DNA from: an uncultured Gammaproteobacteria bacterium
GTDB lineage: Bacteria > Patescibacteriota > Microgenomatia > PFEM01 > JAPLYW01
Reading direction: 5' to 3'
Assembly (NCBI GenBank): GCA_965230945.1
Contig: OZ246397.1
Coordinates: 539,925-603,924, forward strand
DNA length: 64,000 nt
Shown one piece after another: positions 61,558-64,000 of the stretch; within the stretch, counting starts at the first letter, position 1, and the number at the start of each line of letters is the position of its first letter. Made by a program: the position numbers and the translations under genes. The notes under the pieces are model-generated. The model was not told where the DNA came from, ran no database searches, and saw nothing but the letters and a program-made list of their open reading frames with translations.

Positions 61558-62514
61558 ATGCCCGAAGAGAAGAAAGAAACTAAGCGTACTGAAGTTGATC
61601 GTCTCATTGAAGAGTTCTTAGAGTACCTCGAGATTGAAAAGAATTCCTCTCCCCTAACCGTTCGTAACTACAAACATTATCTTACTCGCTTTTCTGAATG
61701 GCTAAAGAAGGATCACTCCAAGCCTGACTCAGGTTCAATTACTTTAGAGGTTGTTAAAAAATATAGGGTATATTTATCCCGATTTACAGCCCTAAATGGG
61801 GCGCCTTTATCCCGTGTCACTCAAGGCTACCATGTGATAGCTTTAAGGGCATTCCTGCGCTGGTTAATAAAAAATGACTATAAGACACTTAGCCCAGAGA
61901 AGATTGACCTCCCCAAAGCTAAAAGCCGCTCTCTAAAGTTTCTTACTACAGAGCAGGTAGAGCGTCTTTTGTCTCAACCCCAGATATCAAAGCCGAGAGG
62001 GCTACGTGATAAGGCCATCTTAGAGATGCTCTTCTCTACTGGCTTGCGGGTCAGTGAATTAGTGAGGCTTAATCGGGATCAAATTGACTTTAATCGTCGA
62101 GAGTTTGGTGTTATTGGTAAAGGAGGTCAAGCTCGGGTGGTATTTCTCTCAAAAGAGGCCGCAGAATGGCTTAAAAAGTACCTTGAGAGCCGAACCGATG
62201 CTTGGAAGGCCTTGTTTGTAAGATATATAGAAAAACCGGAGGTTATCGAGAGTGGTCAGAAGATGAGATTAACTGTCAGAACGATACAACGGATCGTTAA
62301 AAAGTATGTAAGGAAAGCAAGACTACCTGTAGATGCCAGTGTTCATACACTCCGTCATTCTTTTGCCACTGATTTACTTATGGCCGGGGCTGATATTAGA
62401 AGTGTCCAAGAACTTCTTGGTCATAAAAACATTTCGACCACTCAAATCTATACTCACGTCACCAATAAAAAACTTAGAGATGTTCATGAAGCCTTTCATG
62501 GTAAAGGGAAATGA
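61558..62514 (+). CDS. Tyrosine recombinase, XerC/XerD family
   Basis: SAM-like N-domain (LEIEKNSSPLTVRNYKHYL), GLRVSELVRL, HTLRHSFATDLLMAGADIRSVQELLGHKNISTTQIYTHV (R-H-R-Y). Confidence 0.85.
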   Translation: MPEEKKETKRTEVDRLIEEFLEYLEIEKNSSPLTVRNYKHYLTRFSEWLKKDHSKPDSGSITLEVVKKYRVYLSRFTALNGAPLSRVTQGYHVIALRAFLRWLIKNDYKTLSPEKIDLPKAKSRSLKFLTTEQVERLLSQPQISKPRGLRDKAILEMLFSTGLRVSELVRLNRDQIDFNRREFGVIGKGGQARVVFLSKEAAEWLKKYLESRTDAWKALFVRYIEKPEVIESGQKMRLTVRTIQRIVKKYVRKARLPVDASVHTLRHSFATDLLMAGADIRSVQELLGHKNISTTQIYTHVTNKKLRDVHEAFHGKGK

Positions 62515-62593
62515 AAAAGCCACCTAATGGTATTTGTATTCTACCAATACAGATGGCTTTATAGTTTAGCTTTTTACTTTTATCTACTTTTAT

Positions 62594-63043
62594 CTACTTT
62601 TCTTTTAAGCTTCTTTTTCTACTGTTTCGGAGAGCTCTTCTTCTAATCTTGAAAAGATTTCTAGGTTTAGTGATAATAACGATAACAACATTATTTTTGT
62701 TATTTTTGATCCATCCTAGTGTTTCCTTATGACCATAAAGATCACAAATAATTGGATTGAACTCTGAAAGCTTTTCAAAGTATTTAATATCCATTCCTAC
62801 TCTTATAACTTCTTCATCATCCCCTAAGCAACTCTGGGAAAAATCCTGGTGATTCTTTTTAAAAACTTTTAAGCAAACTGCACTTCCATTTTTAGTTCCC
62901 TTTTCAACCGTAGCAAGCTCTACTCCTTGATCGTTTTTTTCTTTGTTAAATGATTTGATATTTTCCCAATCTTCTTTCCTTACCCAAATTTTTTTAGATC
63001 TTTCATTGATCTCAGAGATGTCGATCTCATCCAATTTAATCAC
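62594..63043 (-). CDS. Hypothetical protein with basic C-terminal tail
   Basis: ORF only; start codon ambiguous (GTG or TTG). Confidence 0.35.
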   Translation of the reverse strand: MIKLDEIDISEINERSKKIWVRKEDWENIKSFNKEKNDQGVELATVEKGTKNGSAVCLKVFKKNHQDFSQSCLGDDEEVIRVGMDIKYFEKLSEFNPIICDLYGHKETLGWIKNNKNNVVIVIITKPRNLFKIRRRALRNSRKRSLKEK

Positions 63044-63159
63044 TCCCCTTTTATTTTGTTTTTAATGTTCGAAAAATAAATCTTATAAACCAAAGGCAAA
63101 TTCTTAAGTTATAAGATAGCTATATTTTAACATATTTACTTTAAAAGTCAACTTATAAG

Positions 63160-63945
63160 TTATAAAGTTTCGTAACTTAGGACTACTGAAACGATGATCT
63201 CGGATTCACCTGGTTGAATTTGAGTTTCTTCTTCGTCTTCTTCTATGGCAGAACCAGCTTCTTTAAATAAAAGTGGCCTTGGTTGATAAGACGAGATGTC
63301 TTTTTCAATAATGTTAATCAATTTTCCGATTCTTAATCCACCTATTTTAGCGATTTGTTCTGCTTTTCTTTTTGCTTTTTTAATGGCCTCTTTTCTGGCT
63401 TCCATTTTTAATTCCTCTAGTCTTTCATCATCAATGATAAACTCCAGACTGCCGATTTGGTTAGCTCCAAGCTCAGTTGATTTATCAATAACTTTATTTA
63501 TTTTCTCAAAATCTTTGACTTTTATTTCTAGTTTAATATTAATGTTGTATCCATTTATTTTTCTGCCTGATATGTAGTCATAATTAGGATAAATACGATA
63601 GTCAGTGGTCTTAATATACTTATCCTCTACTCCGATTCTTTTGAGTTCATTAGTAATCTTGTTTATTTTTTCGTTAGCTTCTTTTTGAGCTGCTTTTACG
63701 GTGGGTTTATTAATTTGAATTCCTAGGTTAACGGTAGCTGTGTCAGGAATAGCGGTTACCTTTCCTTCTGCTTGGACATCGAAAGTTGTTTTCTTTTCAG
63801 TGGTGGTTTGGTTAACAGAGAAAGGAATCGGGCCAATAAAACGGAAATAAAGAGTCAGAATGACCAGAATTGATAAGGTTATACTAATAATCTTTCCGAA
63901 ATCTGTTTTATAGAAACTATTTAAGTACTTTTTGAATTTTTTCAT
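63160..63945 (-). CDS. SIMPL/DUF541 family periplasmic protein
   Basis: N-terminal TM helix; FDVQAEGKVTAIPDTATVNLGIQ..., ELKMEARKEAIKKAKRKAEQIA; family-typical pattern. Confidence 0.7.
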   Translation of the reverse strand: MKKFKKYLNSFYKTDFGKIISITLSILVILTLYFRFIGPIPFSVNQTTTEKKTTFDVQAEGKVTAIPDTATVNLGIQINKPTVKAAQKEANEKINKITNELKRIGVEDKYIKTTDYRIYPNYDYISGRKINGYNINIKLEIKVKDFEKINKVIDKSTELGANQIGSLEFIIDDERLEELKMEARKEAIKKAKRKAEQIAKIGGLRIGKLINIIEKDISSYQPRPLLFKEAGSAIEEDEEETQIQPGESEIIVSVVLSYETL

Positions 63946-64000
63946 GCTTTATTAATATACTCTAAGCTTAAAAGATGAGTCAAGAACTATTTATAGTCTT

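Noticed and set aside
62575-62602. A 10-nt tandem repeat TACTTTTATC (about 2.7 copies) after the xer gene, considered as a dif- or att-like site.
   Set aside because: It has no dyad symmetry or Xer-box resemblance. It is short, AT-rich low-complexity sequence that overlaps the stop of the convergent ORF.

Overview
This is a gene-dense, low-GC bacterial window that uses the standard genetic code, since TGA is used as a stop (for example at mreC). The gene content and the shortened proteins (160-aa EF-Ts, AspRS without the GAD domain, RF1 without domain 1) look like a Patescibacteria/CPR-type genome; that placement is inference only. The backbone is ordinary housekeeping: mreB-mreC-mreD-mrdA, dprA-topA-tmk, rpsB-tsf-frr-rseP, rpsU-yqeY-dnaX-ybaB-recR, cysS, rpsF-ssb-rpsR, ctpA-htrA, rpmE-prfA, a phosphomannomutase-type mutase gene, hisS, dnaB, tRNA-Leu, efp, lgt, rluD-like, kef, tgt, yebC and xer.

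Two AT-richer accessory blocks built around aminoacyl-tRNA-synthetase (aaRS) chemistry stand out.
- Block 1 (10.4-16.8 kb) holds an Amidohydro_2 enzyme and a GAD-less AspRS. Just upstream of AspRS, in the same operon, is a 663-aa fusion of a glutamyl-tRNA-reductase (HemA)-like module to an anticodon-domain-less Asp/Asn-type class II aaRS core. A long structured leader and an Erm-type rRNA methyltransferase follow.
- Block 2 (23.9-31.3 kb) starts with a 38-codon stub of a bacterial-type proS at the conserved rseP-proS position. It continues with a HIT gene, an aberrant tRNA-Pro(UGG)-like gene and a tight five-gene operon: archaeal-type ProRS, a truncated ProRS paralog, a full-length divergent ProRS paralog, an MccF/LdcA-type S66 peptidase and a stand-alone class IIb aaRS core. 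A displaced HIT 3-prime fragment closes it.

Together these look like an undescribed aminoacyl-tRNA / aminoacyl-adenylate-based biosynthetic or immunity system.

Other accessory items are a surface-protein operon with a Cys-rich TSP1-like repeat protein, and an AT-rich islet (58.6-62.5 kb) with an orphan 466-aa protein and a Xer-type recombinase. All calls come from reading the supplied ORF translations and the raw sequence. No database search was run.
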